DNA of 58,900 nucleotides, filler included, from Sphacelaria rigidula (lineage: Eukaryota): assembly GCA_964200075.2 (NCBI GenBank). It is 7 parts of 7 records of this genome, joined end to end, with 100 filler letters (N's around TTAATTAATTAA, not from the genome) between each part and the next. Parts side by side here need not be neighbours in the genome. Positions count along the whole stretch, not along the records: positions 33,717 to 42,045 come from CAXNAA020011509.1; positions 42,146 to 50,474 come from CAXNAA020011510.1; positions 50,575 to 58,900 come from CAXNAA020011511.1; 4 more parts are not named here. One strand, 5' to 3'. The notes beneath the pieces are model-generated. The model was not told the origin of the DNA. It was given only the letters and a program-made list of their open reading frames with translations, and searched no databases. Each line of letters opens with the position of its first letter. Position 1 is the first letter of the stretch. This document shows positions 40,501 through 53,084 of this stretch, in pieces. The translations under genes were made by a program, and so were the position numbers.

Positions 40501-41204
40501 ATGTCATGTGCGATACTAGGACATGTAAAAGGTGCACCCCCCTCCTTGTGTTGAAGCTCCTAGCTCCCCGGGTGTGCGCCATGTCTGCAGTCTGCAGATT
40601 GCGACTGGCGATGTCTTCCTAGGTCTCGATTTATGTGCGAAGTCGTACTAGTGCTCACCATTCCACGATCTAGTGATTAAATAGTCCAATTGATCTGCGG
40701 GGTCGTACGACTGAGTGCCTTCTCCCCCTCCCTCCTGCCCTTCCCATTTGAAGAGTACTCAGAGTGCAGTAGGTGTAATGCCAAGTAAGAGTCTGGACCA
40801 AAGTTTCGAATGGATGCAGTTCTCCCAGGCGCAGATTTTTGTTGTTGGTGAACCCGCGTCATCTTGTTTCCAAAGACATGGGAAGATTAGTAAACTCTAC
40901 CGTACTGTCCTGTTGAATTGTGTTGTACCGTAAAGTTCGTGCGTTTGTGATGAGCTTGTAGTGAGCGATTTGCAGGCGTCAACCCGAATGTTACAGTCAT
41001 GCTCCAAGCCATGTAGCATCCCCCTCCCTCCTCCCCCGCTGCCACCTGCGAATGTTACAATTTTGTCATTTTGTAGGGAAATTGGACCGATGTGGAAGGC
41101 TACTACAAGACTCGCGTCGGCGAGGTTATCGGGGGTCGTTACACCGTGCTAGGCACTGTTGGGCAGGGTGTTTTCAGCACTGTGCTCAAGTGCCTCGATA
41201 CAAG
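37562..41204 (+). CDS. PRP4K: PRP4 kinase (PRPF4B-like), 5' part. Exons 37562-38275, 38431-39057, 41077-41204
   Basis: RS/RD-rich N-terminus, ERRRRKEKL, FDMF, then GNWTDVEGYYKTRVGEVIGGRYTVLGTVGQGVFSTV (PRP4K signature plus kinase Gly-loop). GT-AG junctions in phase. The rest of the gene lies beyond the scaffold end. Confidence 0.93.
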
Positions 41205-42045
41205 GTAATCACCCATAATACAGTCATGTTCCACTTTCCTTCGGAAGACACACACCCTGCAAATATATCCTTGAATTGGGCATTAATCTTTATCTCTGTC
41301 TATTTCTCTGCCTGTCCGTCATACAGATCCTCGTGATCTACATCAGTCAAACTTTGGAGCACAACATTTTCGAAAGCGTTTTTTTTTCAGTTTTTGGCTA
41401 CTACGACTCATCACGGTTTCTGCGTTGATCCCAAACTTTGAGAGTCGAGAGACATGAGTACCTGACACGATTTTCGACACGAGAAAATTACGATCATTTT
41501 TTACAGGAGATTACGGCCTCACCGGTCTTTGGGGGTCCTACGATTGTGCAGACGCTGGTTCCCGCCCTTCGATATTTTCGCTCGACCGAACCGACCCGGA
41601 TCGTTATGCTGTAATGAACAATTAATATGCCTTCAGTTTTCCCATTTTCTCGATGTTTATTGCGCTACAGCCGAAAACCGTGTTTTAGGGCCATATGCGA
41701 ACAAGAAAAAATGGTATTGTTCCGACAAGACAAAATTTGCAACTGTGTCCTGAGCATGACCTGCTTCTTTTTCCAAGGGCTATTGACCCTCAAACTCTCA
41801 AGGGAAGGTGACAAATCGTCTTTGAAAACATCCCGATTGAGAGAATACCATATTTTAACTCGGACTTTTGTGTGTAAATTTCGAATGTAAACACTACTGC
41901 ACCATTCGGTATGTGCGTCGTGGGTACGATGTGCTGTTTTTATTGCTCTTGTCGTTTTTTTCTGCCCTCCCCCCCCCCCCCCCCCCCCCCCCCCCTCCCC
42001 CTTTCTTTCTCTCGCTTTCCTCTTCTTATTCCCTCCTCCCTCCTC

Positions 42046-42145
42046 NNNNNNNNNNNNNNNNNNNNNNNNNNNNNNNNNNNNNNNNNNNNTTAATTAATTA
42101 ANNNNNNNNNNNNNNNNNNNNNNNNNNNNNNNNNNNNNNNNNNNN
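42046..42145. other. Artificial scaffold-joining linker
   Basis: 44N-TTAATTAATTAA-44N. Confidence 0.99.
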
Positions 42146-42865
42146 TGGCTAGAACGAACCCAAGCGTGAGAATTTCCAGCTTCTCGTTGTGCTCGGCTTT
42201 CCCCATTTCGATTTACGTGAAAATTTTGCCTCCCAAAACCATGCACTTTGGGGGGGGGGCTATCGTAGAAAGTGTCGGTTCTAAGCCAGGAAGGAGGCCC
42301 TAGAGGCGCAGAATGACCGTTCTGACCAATCACGGCCGTCAAAATGGGCGCATATTTTCCCTACAGGTGGTCTACAGGTTACCTCGGTGCCTATTATAGC
42401 AGTATTTCTCAAATTCGTCATGGCATTTCAACTATAAATAACATGAGTACAAATAACGTGCTTTGTACTCAGCTCGTGGTCTGTGCCGCCTGTCTGACGC
42501 CTCATGTGTTGCCAGCACAGCTTCACACTGTAGTGCTGTTGCGGAATACTCAGCAGAGGCAGGCACTAGCAGCATTCGGTAACTTGTGTTCAGTGGAGAG
42601 CGGTGCCCCGCTGATATTTTCTCGCCGTCGTATCCCGCGGAGACATACCGCACACACATTGACTGCCCACTACGTATAGAGCCTGCACATGCACAATCAA
42701 AGCCGGCCAGGGATGCTCCGGAACTATTTTCGCGCATTGATTCCCAGCATCTACATGGTTATGAAAAAAAGTTTTTTGTGTAGCGAGAAAAGAGCTGTTC
42801 TGGACCTCATACGTGGCATAGTCTATCTCAGTCCATCTGCGGAGGTCGCTGTCTACGGGTCAAGT

Positions 42866-43040
42866 GGGGCTCGAGAGTCTCGTGTGCCCCGAGCGTGCGC
42901 AGAACGCGTTTTCGTCCAAATGGGCGCCATAGGCGCCGATTTGAGGTCTACCAACGCCACACTTGTTGTGCACCTCCCTTGCCTGAGGGTTGGGTCTCGG
43001 TATGCCTTGGTTTGGGGTTAGGGTTAGGGTTAGGGTTAGC
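42866..43040. repeat. Dispersed repeat carrying (TTAGGG)n, with an inverted homolog at 50180-50391
   Basis: GGGGTTAGGGTTAGGGTTAGGGTTAG at 43014-43039. The adjacent ~150 bp aligns with the reverse complement of 50225-50385. Confidence 0.75.
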
Positions 43041-43669
43041 GATAGTTGTAAAATGTGTCAACCAGAGATATAATGTAGCCCAAGTCCGGTTAACCCCCCT
43101 CGATTCCACGGTCATGTATGATGATACTGCAGGCTAGTGCCATGCATCAGGAATTCTTACTCGAATTGTAATGCAACACCAATTAACGATACTGTCCAGT
43201 GGAGTGGAACTGGGAGTTTTTTTCGTCATACCCGAAACATGAGAATGAGGCAGTGTCTTCACAAACTATTTCTCGATCGGAATGGTGCGGCGAAAAAGAA
43301 AATGAACAACTCCGATCTGATACGTATAGAGTTCAGGACATTTCGTCATTCATGTCCACGTCATTTATCTTGAAATATCGACCTATAAAATGGGAAATTT
43401 TGTTTTTTCCATAGCACGTTTTGATCGAAAAACACTGTGCTCAAACACGCCCTGACGGCGGCTATCGCACAGTTGAAGAAGGGCCGTCGCTGATTTACAG
43501 ACACATTTTAAGCCGCACACCGCGAGGGTAGTCCATCTGGGTCATGCGTACTTTTTTCAGGTAAAGTTGATGCCGATTCAACGTACCTCCTCTCGCCGTT
43601 TAAGGGTCAATTTGGGTACATATCTGAGTACGATACAAATAAGAAAGGGTATAAGATTAATTGTTTTCG

Positions 43670-44305
43670 CATATTTAAGGGGTTTTGATCTGGGTTGGTT
43701 GATTGATTTAGTTAAACAGGTCTGATGGAAGGGTTGGGATGGGATTGGGCTGGGTTGGTTGTGTGGGGGGGTGTACTCATGATGATGCATGCCATAGTCA
43801 TCAGCCCATTGACCTCGCATCCCTACAAGGCCGGGACGGAGCACGCCGGGTTTTTGCCGGACCAGTCTCGCTCTCAATCTCCAAGCGCGAAGCGCCATGG
43901 TGTGTTCGGCGAGCCGCATGAAGGGTGAGCTGCATCCTGCTAAGATTGTTCGGCCCGAAGCCTACTGGTCATCTTGCATTTGGATGACAACCTACGACGA
44001 GTTCCTTTTTTTCCTGGTATCGCCACTTCCAGAGACAGCGGTGGCTTATGCACTGCCTCATGGGTGTCTGGGTTGGTTGTAGGGGGGGGGGGCGTACTCA
44101 TTTGTTGCTTGCCTCAGTCGTTTGACCATTGACCCGGAGCACTGGGTTGGTTGTGGGGGGAATTGATTGTCTTGTTTTGTTATGGACAAGGGCAAGACAA
44201 CGAAGGAAATCCCACAACCAACGCAATCCCATCCCAACCCTTGCATCAAACCTGTTCATCTGAATAAGCCAAACAACCAATCCCCAACCTCCCCTCAAAC
44301 ATATA
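43670..44305. mobile_element. Foldback element hosting two poly(C)-ended insertions
   Basis: AACAGGT.TGATG.AAGGGTTGGGATGGGATTG at 43714-43747 is mirrored at 44226-44257. Confidence 0.8.
43763..44141 (-). mobile_element. Poly(C)-ended short elements: family B (43763-44067) and family A (44081-44141)
   Basis: CTGGGTTGGTTGT is repeated at 43750-43762, 44068-44080 and 44142-44154, and each insert begins with a G-run. Confidence 0.85.
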
Positions 44306-46101
44306 AATCATCATTATCGCCCCCTCGGCCCAAGAACTGTGTTTTCGATTTCATATTTGTTCCAAACCTTACCGTATACTCTCACTGGATTGTCGTCCCT
44401 CGCCCCGAAAACTCTGTTTTCAAATCAATTGGTGTTTCAAACTGTAGGGCAGACGTGACTGACACGGACTGCACGTAAGAACAGCGTCCACTCTGACGAC
44501 CGCATACAACCGCACGTTATTTTGCCGCCTTTGTTATGTCGAAATGTGGTATGATGGGAGTAATGATCACATACCGGTTCGCCCTCTCCGAGGTTGTGAC
44601 ACGCTTTTCCCCATGGCCATCTCCTGCCACCCGAGTAAATTAATCTCCGCGTTATGCATTTATGTCCCCAACCATCGCTTGTGTCGGTTGGGACAGAAGT
44701 TCGTAAATTTGTACTTTTATCACTTGTATCTGTCGTTCCCACGACTACTTGCAATCAACGGACGATCTGACATGCTGTCGCCACCTCGCAGTACCCTCCC
44801 CATCCCATCGTTCCTTCTCATGCCCCTAACACAGCCTACAACCACGTTTCCTACACATCACTACACTTGCCGCTGCACATATATATGTCGACCCCATTGA
44901 TGTCCATTAACGCCCCCGATCGAGTGGCCTGTGTGGTGGCTGAGAACGGTTTTCCCGTGAAGGTAGTAGGTACCTCCCAAAAGGGGTCGACGGGGTCATA
45001 CCTCCGTCTTCCTGAGTGCTGCTACTGCGACGCTGAGGACGCCAATGAGGTGGCATCGGATCTAAAGAGCATGACAGATCACGTTAAAATCCAATTTATT
45101 CGTGTTAAAACTCACTTAACTTCGTCAAACTCACAATGCTCTCTCGGGTCACACTGACCAGATCCAGATATCAGGGTGGGCGTACCGTCTTTCTCCCATC
45201 CTCAAGTACAGTGTGGTGCGGCTATCTTCTTGGTCAAGCGAGTTTTTCGTTCTGTTTCGCCTCTGCGTCGAAGCCACTTCAAGTTTTACCCCTTGAACCC
45301 CCCGGCAGCTACCGGTGTATATTCGGGGTTGAGCCGCGGACGGCGTGATATCTCCACGCCAACTACACATAACACCGCAAAGGTCACTTTGATTGTCGGT
45401 CTGAGACATGTATACTTCGCCCTCCACATTTCTCGATGTATTTCGGCTCGCGCCTTGCACGGTGGCTCGCCGAGAATGACTACCTGTTATCGGTACTTCT
45501 CACACGAGAACATGGATGGCGACGAAATTTGCTCAAGACTTGGAATATTTTTCGGTCGTTTCTTATGGGCTGCAACATGGGTGTACTTTGCCTATCCCCC
45601 ATTCAGCAGAGTCCAACAGGTCAGTTTTCTCATGCAATACTATGACCCCGCCACACACCTTTAACAGTAAACTGGAGCAAGATTGGCACTTGTTGACATA
45701 CAGATATGGAATATGTGTGGAAGCGCAGCGGCGAGCGTGTCCTTCCCCCCCCCCCCCCCCGCCCTCCTCGTTCGCCGCCTCCATCCCTCCGCTTTCACCA
45801 GCTGCTGTTTGCTGCTGAACATTCGGGAGACATGGCCTGCAACGAAAGACAATTTGCCCCCCCATCCATGTTGAGCTGCAATTCTTTTGGTAAAAACTGT
45901 ATTTCGCCAGCAATCATGTCAAGCGCCCGGACGACCGACCAGCAGTCATTTTCGCCAACACTCTAGCCATTCCCCAAGGATCGGCGAAACTGTCAAATCT
46001 ACCAGTCGTCCCACTGACCCTAGAAGCAAGGGACACTACCTAGCTGTAGGTCAGGAACTCCCCCGCCCTGCCCTCCTCGGAGAGCCCTCGAAGTTGATCA
46101 A

Positions 46102-47106
46102 CCCTTTTGCGACCGGGCCTCCAGAACGACCAATGAGGCTGGGTAGGAATGATGTGTCTGGAGTCTGCACGAAACAGACAGTGGCGTGTGAAAATCCGCG
46201 TATGTAACCGCAGGGTTATGACGTTATGACGAAGACCGAAAGTTTCATCCAATCTATTTTTAGGTGCAGGGTGCGCATTAGGTAGTGTACATCTGATGTA
46301 GCAAGCAGTATGGGACGCGGTAGAGAGCTTCCAAGAGGATGCGGCGNNNNNNNNNNGGCTTTGGATGATATTATTGTGCCCATCACCTTGCCGCACAGCC
46401 CTTTGGGGTCGGGGTGGGCCGTCATTTCCCTCTTTGTTGTATGCGGCAAATTATCTTCGAAGGGTATCAGCGTTGCGGCGCGCATGCGTACAGTATAGTA
46501 CATACAGTACAGAGTAGTACGCCTCCCCGATCGCCGTCGCAGCTACAGCAGCATACTCACGCACACGTTCTGGGCAGTTTTCAGCTACCGAGATCAACTG
46601 CCTATAGACAGCTTCTTCATCCCCATCCACTACATCGGCAGAGGGATAAGCAGAACTCATGACGGTAGCTCCTTTTGTCTTTCCACAGCCCATCTGGTTT
46701 TAGTGCCTCGTGAAAATGACTATATGGTGGCATGTACACTCCTTCCCCGTTTTTCCGCTCCACCCTGTGTTAGTGTGATGACTACGTCTTAGTATAGAAT
46801 TGTGACCCCAAAAAACTCCGGAAAAACTCCGGAACGCTATACTGGGTGCAAGTAATACCATACAACCAAGTTCCGACCGCCCTGCACATGGAAACTCGGT
46901 AGGGCTTATCTGGGCCAGGGATAGGACCCCCACACGATCTTTGCACTTGCATGACACTCGCCAACAATCCCCGGGCTGGTCGTTCGGGTTTGGTCGATAA
47001 ATTTCGCCTCGCCGTGATTGGGCAGGTCGCTCGAAGACTTTTTTATTTTATCATTTCACTAACACAGGGTCAACCCTATGTTAGTGGGGGGTCCGTCACA
47101 AGAGGG
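46102..47106 (+). mobile_element. piggyBac-type non-autonomous element, full-length copy (~1 kb)
   Basis: TCAA|CCCTTTTGCGACCGG ... CCGTCACAAGAGGG|TTAA. TIRs match and the flanks are TCAA/TTAA. Confidence 0.85.
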
Positions 47107-48124
47107 TTAAATGGCGTTAGCCTTTTAGCACCAAACTTTGCTTCAGTACAGTTGAGCAGCTGACCGTCCCACGGGACGATTTCTTCGAAGGGGATGTTAT
47201 CTCAGGTGTTTGGATCGTGTAAGCAGTACTAATATCAAGGGATGAAATATGGACATATTCACTTTTCATTATGGTGGGGCAAGATGGACCCCCGGCGCGC
47301 GTTGTAAGCCGAAATGGAACAAACACTTCTGTGGCTCGCGTCCAGCATTGCACCTGCCCAGCCTCCGCTGCTTAGTGTGCAAGGGTATGGGTTCGCGAAG
47401 ATTGTAGGGAAAGTTGAGGTATCGCTACCAGACCGCAGAAACACGTACAACAGCAGAGGTTGTAGCGCGGTGTGTGGGCTCGTGGGTTGATGGGTGGCAC
47501 AGTACACAACAAAAGATAGCGGTATGGTTGTATGGGGCAGACTGTGTGACGCAGCTTGTGCCTGCCTGACTTGGCTGACAGACTGATGAACAGTTGCGGT
47601 GGCTTTGCCAAGGCATAGAGGCCACCCAAGAGGCGAAGTGGTGATGGCGACATCAGACTGGGAGAGCTACTGCCACTGCCTGCAACATGGCTGTACAGTA
47701 GACGCATTCAAGCGTACATGCACACCGTGCGACCAGTTCCCGCCGTACAAGTCATGACGGCAGGCACAAACCAACGAACAACGAACTGGCCGCAGCTGGA
47801 ATAACGAGAGTATGCTCCTATGCTCTCGTTCCCTGTTCTATACAAAACCCAAGACTTTCCTGGATGTGAGGCAGGCCTTGTGGTGAAAACTACTCCGACC
47901 TTCTGCGTATACTGTTCCCACCTGACGGGGTTGAGCGCTCAAAGGGTCAACTGTCGCATGCCTTGAACAGTTTGATAGGTTACCTAATGACATGACGTGT
48001 ATACTACCATACCATCACCGACATGTATGTGCAGGCTTGGTACAGCAGCCGATCTTGACGATGTGCTCCTATTTCACGGCGGCAATATCAACAAATCATG
48101 CGGTGAAATCACGGCGTTTCTCTG

Positions 48125-49043
48125 GGGGGCGGGAGGGCGGGGTGTACTCTTGATCATGCATGCCGTAGTCATATGACTACTGACCTCGCATTCCTACCAA
48201 GGCGGGACGGAGCACGTCGGGTTTTCGCCGGGTCAGGCTCGCTGTCACTTGCCGGGCCAGGCTCGCAATCAATCACCAAGCGGAATCGCTGTGATGTGTT
48301 GGGCTAGTCTTATGAAGGGTGAGCCGTATCCCCCTTGAATCGTTCGGACCGAAGCGCACTGTTTTCTTGCATGCGGATGACAGCCTCCTATGAGTTGCTT
48401 CACTTCTGGTATCGCCACTTCCAGAGATAGCCACGCGTTCCACATTGCCTCGTGGATGTCTCACCATTGATACTCCATGTAATATGATCATCCCCTCTCC
48501 GCGGAATGGAGGTTCTCCCACCCCGCACAACATGATCTAGCTCGACCACCATCATGGTTTCCGAAAATACGCAAGGGCGAAAATCCCGGGTAACCTCATC
48601 GCCTAGCTTACGCAGTGAGAGGCGTGTTTAACAGCGTCGTTGCCAGCCGACGCCAACCCTCCGGGAATCGCGTTTCTCTGGGGGGGGCGTACTCTTTTGT
48701 TGCTCGCCTTGGTCGTTTGACTATTGACCACTCATCCCTTTCGAGACGGAGTACTGTTCCTACTTCTAGTGGAGGCGCCTCCAACATTTGGGCGCTCATT
48801 ACATTTCTTCCATAAATTACACAAGAGCCTGCCACATATTTCATCCTCTGTCTGATTCACCGTCTGTGGCCATTATCTATCTCTTAGTATAGCCATCATC
48901 CTCTCGTTACTGTCTAATATATCAAACGATTCCATGCCACCTTCGGTTGCTTCTCTGGGGGGGGGGGTACCCATTTGTTGCTTACCTTAGTCGTTTGACC
49001 TTTAACCACGCATCCCTTCGGAGAAGGAGCACCGTTCCTACTC
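48125..49043 (-). mobile_element. Three serial poly(C)-ended inserts: B (48125-48669), A (48681-48946), A (48958-49043)
   Basis: Duplications GCGTTTCTCTG (48114-48124 and 48670-48680) and TTGCTyCTCTG (48947-48957 and 49044-49054), each followed by a G-run. Confidence 0.85.
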
Positions 49044-49814
49044 TTGCTCCTCTGGGGGAGACATGAAGCTTTTCACATCATTCACGATATTTTCTCGGTA
49101 TTGCCGCTGTTTCTGTGTGAATGTGATCCGTTGACATGATTGTGTGTACCGCAGACGTCAATCTACTAACGGCATGCACAAAAAAAAGTGGCGAAGGAAT
49201 GGTGCTCGGTTCCATATTGAGTGGTTTTTGTTGTTGTTGTCTGCTTCCGCGTTGTCTCGTGCCGATGTAGATGGCAGGAGACGCTCAAGTGGAGGAAAGA
49301 GAACGACGTTGACGGCGTCATCGAGAAGCCGCAGCCAAGATTCGCCGACTGCAGGTATGCGTGTGTCTCGAGAATGCATGAAATATATATATATATATAA
49401 AAGCACAAGCTTTCTTACTTTTCATCCCCTTTGTCGCAAGCTGGTCTTGTCGGGACAACAGTGTCGTCGGTTGACATGCAGCCCGGCATTTGGGGGGGAA
49501 GGGGAGGGGCAGGGCGCGGTGTTTTTCGGGACGGTAGGTGCGGGTCCTTCTCAGGAACCGTACGCTTTCCGAAATATTCACCGAGCGATAACCGATTGGT
49601 TGGTTCTAGTGGAGGCGTCGAACTACCGTCCGCAATGTGTTCTGAGTGACCACGTCGGGTTTTTTTGCGCATAATCTCGAACCCCCCTGGTCATACATGA
49701 GCGTTGTCTGTCCACCGGAAACGAGCAGTATTATGTCGAACACCGCATCAAAATCCCGCCTTATTGATGTCTTACCTCTTGACCGTCGTTAGGCTGCATT
49801 ATCTGGGTCCTTAA

Positions 49815-49951
49815 CCCTTTGGGAACTAGATCCCCAGGGAGTGTTGATTTTTGTTTTTGTGAATCGGCGTCATTTTCATTTTTTTTTGAGTCAAAATAAT
49901 GCCGATCCACAAGATTCACAAACAAAAATCAGCACCTTAGTTTCGGAAGGG
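49815..49951. mobile_element. 137-bp piggyBac-type MITE
   Basis: TTAA|CCCTTTGGGAACTA ... TAGTTTCGGAAGGG|TTAA, with internal inverted arms. Confidence 0.92.
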
Positions 49952-50474
49952 TTAACACGGAGTGCTGAATCGCAAATTATGCTGACTCAACAGATGGCCC
50001 ATCCAAGCGGTTAAGGGGCCAATACCTTGTGGCCGCCAGGGTGAGCCATCTGGGTCTTCTAGTCATTTTCCAGACGAGAACGTAATGATGCCGATTGTAG
50101 CAGATGATCACCCGTGGCGGCGGTCAAAGACGAACGTGTACGCGAGTTGGTGGCTAAGTTTCACGGCAAACACATACTCCTCTCTTGCTGAACCCTCACC
50201 CCAACCCCAAACTGACCCTAACTCAAGGCTTGCCGAGAACCCTCGGGTATGGGGGTAGAAAAGGTACTCTGAGCAAAAGAATGCGATTGCAGAGCTCAAA
50301 TCGACGCCGCAGGCACCGGTTTGGGCAAAAACCCGTTTTGCGTACGCAACGTAGCGAGCAAGCGCGTGAGACTCTCAGCGCCCCCCCCCCCTCCCAAATT
50401 TAGCCTGGTCCGGCGAGAACCCAGCGTGCTCCGTCCCGGCTTTGCAGGGGCGGACCCCCGATGGGGTTGGCGTC

Positions 50475-50574
50475 NNNNNNNNNNNNNNNNNNNNNNNNNN
50501 NNNNNNNNNNNNNNNNNNTTAATTAATTAANNNNNNNNNNNNNNNNNNNNNNNNNNNNNNNNNNNNNNNNNNNN
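50475..50574. other. Artificial scaffold-joining linker
   Basis: 44N-TTAATTAATTAA-44N. Confidence 0.99.
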
Positions 50575-50626
50575 AGTTGAACCTCATTTTTTTTTTCAAC
50601 CCCATTTTCGAAAATCGGCTGTTCTA

Positions 50627-51194
50627 TGCTGTTGTGCCTCTAAATACTCTACGACGATCACGGTGCGATGTGCGCTGGAGAGTGTCTGAACAGTTGTAGT
50701 GCTAGACAAGTTGTGATGTCTCCACCGAAGCCCAGATCTGTGCACAGGTAAACAATGCGGCAGTTCTGAAAGTGGACGTTAGTCCAATATCTCTGTAGCC
50801 ACGAAAACCGACGCATAGACATCCACCACCCACGCGCATTATTCAAACGCTAGCTCATCATCCACACAAGACAGCCTTTGTTTGACGGAAATCCGTCCAG
50901 TATTGGATGAAAGGCGGTCCCGTGCGTGTCACATAGCAACCGAAAACGTGCTGTTGCTGACTGTTTTTATGATTCTATGCCGGTCTTGCTCTTCTTCATT
51001 GAAGACGTCTGTCTGTTCTGTCCGTTTTCCATTCAATTCCAATGTAAGAAAGGATAGGAAAATTGGAGACGCAATGCAAAGCAGAGCAATCCATACTTTA
51101 ATCGAGTGTACGTATGAAGGTTGCATTTGCGCAAGGTGCGTGGGCGTTGTAGCACGATCGAAACGCGGACCGTCTCTTCCACGAGAAAAAAAGA

Positions 51195-51241
<47 letters not shown>

Positions 51242-52280
51242 TCGGCACCGGCTGGTTCGGACCCACTCCCAGCCGCATACCTCTACTGGCACGAAAGATG
51301 CTGCTGATACTGCACCAGCTACCGCAAAAATTTCAAGAAACTGTGAGCGTGCATCGTTCTGCACTGAACACAGTCTGCTGCACGCTACTGGGGTCTCTGC
51401 TTGGTGATCCACAACAAAACTACGGTGTGAAGCTATGTTGGCAACAGAGGGGTCAGGCAGACGGCAAGGACAGGCCACAAGTAAAAAGTACGTTGTTTTT
51501 GCCCCTGTACAGGCTATCCAAGTTGGGGCACGAACCCAGATTTGCGCGCAGGTTGAGAAATGCGGCGGGTGCCCTTTAGGCACTGTTGTTGATGCCTTCA
51601 TGGTGTGTTGGCTATTTCGTCTCAAGGCTAACGAACAAGGCGCTTCCCACACTCATCATTTCTATGCTGTAGTTGCAGCTGTGCTGTTGTGCATCTAAAC
51701 ACTCTACGACGATCACGGTGCGATGTGCGCTGGAGAGTGCCTGAACAGTTGTAGTGCTGCATGCTGTGTTTCGGGGTGCAAATAATTGGGTTAGCATCAA
51801 AGGATCAGAGGATTTATCTTCCTGTGGAGGAATCATACTGTATATAGTTTGGGACTAGGCACTGATAATACAATTTACACTAAGACCTACTGTCTCTAAC
51901 CTAAAGTTTACTGGATGCTCCGCAAATATAAAGAAAATACTACAGGAGAAACCCTCACGAGTTTAAACCCACCTGCACTGAAGTGCGGACAAAGTTAGTA
52001 TGTATCAGATTCTTGTATGTTGTACATCTTCGCTGGACTCAGCAGCAAGAATCAGTGAGCGTGCATCGTTCTGCACTGAAGACAGTCTGCTGCACGCTAC
52101 TGGTGTCTCTACTTGGTGTCCCACAACAACACTACAGTGTGAAGCTACGTTAGCAACAGAGAGGTCAGGCAGACGGCAACGACAGGCCACATGTAAAAAG
52201 TACGTTGTTTTTGCCCCTGTACAGGCTATCCAAGTTGGGGCACGAACCCATACCTGCGCGCAGGTTGAAAAATGCGGTGG
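50627..52280. repeat. Interleaved direct duplications of a dispersed repeat family
   Basis: 50627-50703 matches 51682-51758, and 51343-51570 matches 52055-52280. A diverged inverted copy lies at 42455-42607 on another scaffold. Confidence 0.85.
51198..51239 (+). repeat. (CAG)14 microsatellite
   Basis: Read directly from the sequence. Confidence 0.97.
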
Positions 52281-52751
52281 GTCTGGAAGTGGTCGTGAGT
52301 CCAAGTAGGTCCAAGGTCTGTGTAATGATGCAGACATCACGCAACAGCGCAACACAACACCTACACACCCAGCCCCGAAAAAACACGAATGTGTGAGTGT
52401 ATCGGTATCACTTGTTTCTCACCCTAGCTTGCTAGATAGAACGACGCATGATTTCTCATTATGATCCTTTTCCATCGTAACAAAGGAAAAGAAAAAAGTA
52501 AATTGGAAGCACGGTACAAAGCAGAGGAATCTATGAAAGAAAAGGGAAGATAAAGGAGGGAAGACAAAAAAAGAGACTAAAGGAACAACCCGCTCTTCCT
52601 ACTCAAAACTATATAGATAAAAAAAATTGAACTATAAAACATGACAGCTGGAAACAAAAGTATGTTGAACTGCACACTCCTAAAGTACCGTGTTGAAGGG
52701 CTGACATACTACGCTTTGTCCCATCTAGTGCTATTCTCTGTTTTTTTCCAA

Positions 52752-52943
52752 TTACGCCACCAGCTTGCTCGTGACTGTCGGCGTTGCCGGCTCGCTCGAC
52801 TGTGCTAGCTGTTGGAGTACTCTTGGTGATAACCCCTCCCAGTCCCCGTCGTCGTATCTCACTCTCCAAAAACGCTCGCCGTAGTCGAACACTTTTCCCT
52901 CCTACCTGACCCCACCGAAATTTCTCCAGAGCGTGAAACCTAT
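52752..52943 (-). other. Tudor-like domain at the end of Gypsy Pol (not in the ORF track)
   Basis: Manual translation IGFTLWRNFGGVR*EGKVFDYGERFWRVRYDDGDWEGLSPR. It joins the upstream ORF (..LNLFP) through a 2-nt AT duplication. Confidence 0.75.
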
Positions 52944-53084
52944 ATGGGGAACAAGTTCAGGGGATCACTGCGCGGCAGGGGGGCATGGCGGATGCGCGGA
53001 AGGGACGGCGTACTTGATGTCTTGGCTGGGTGATAGAGGTGCCAAAGTGCGTGGAACTCGTCCAGTTGTAGGGATGTGAAGCTT

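Noticed and set aside
43014-43039. True telomere or chromosome end
   Set aside because: Only 3-4 units, internal to the scaffold and part of a dispersed repeat.
51098-51652. Poly-Cys/poly-Ser/poly-Ala proteins
   Set aside because: Alternative frames of the (CAG)14 microsatellite within non-coding repeats.
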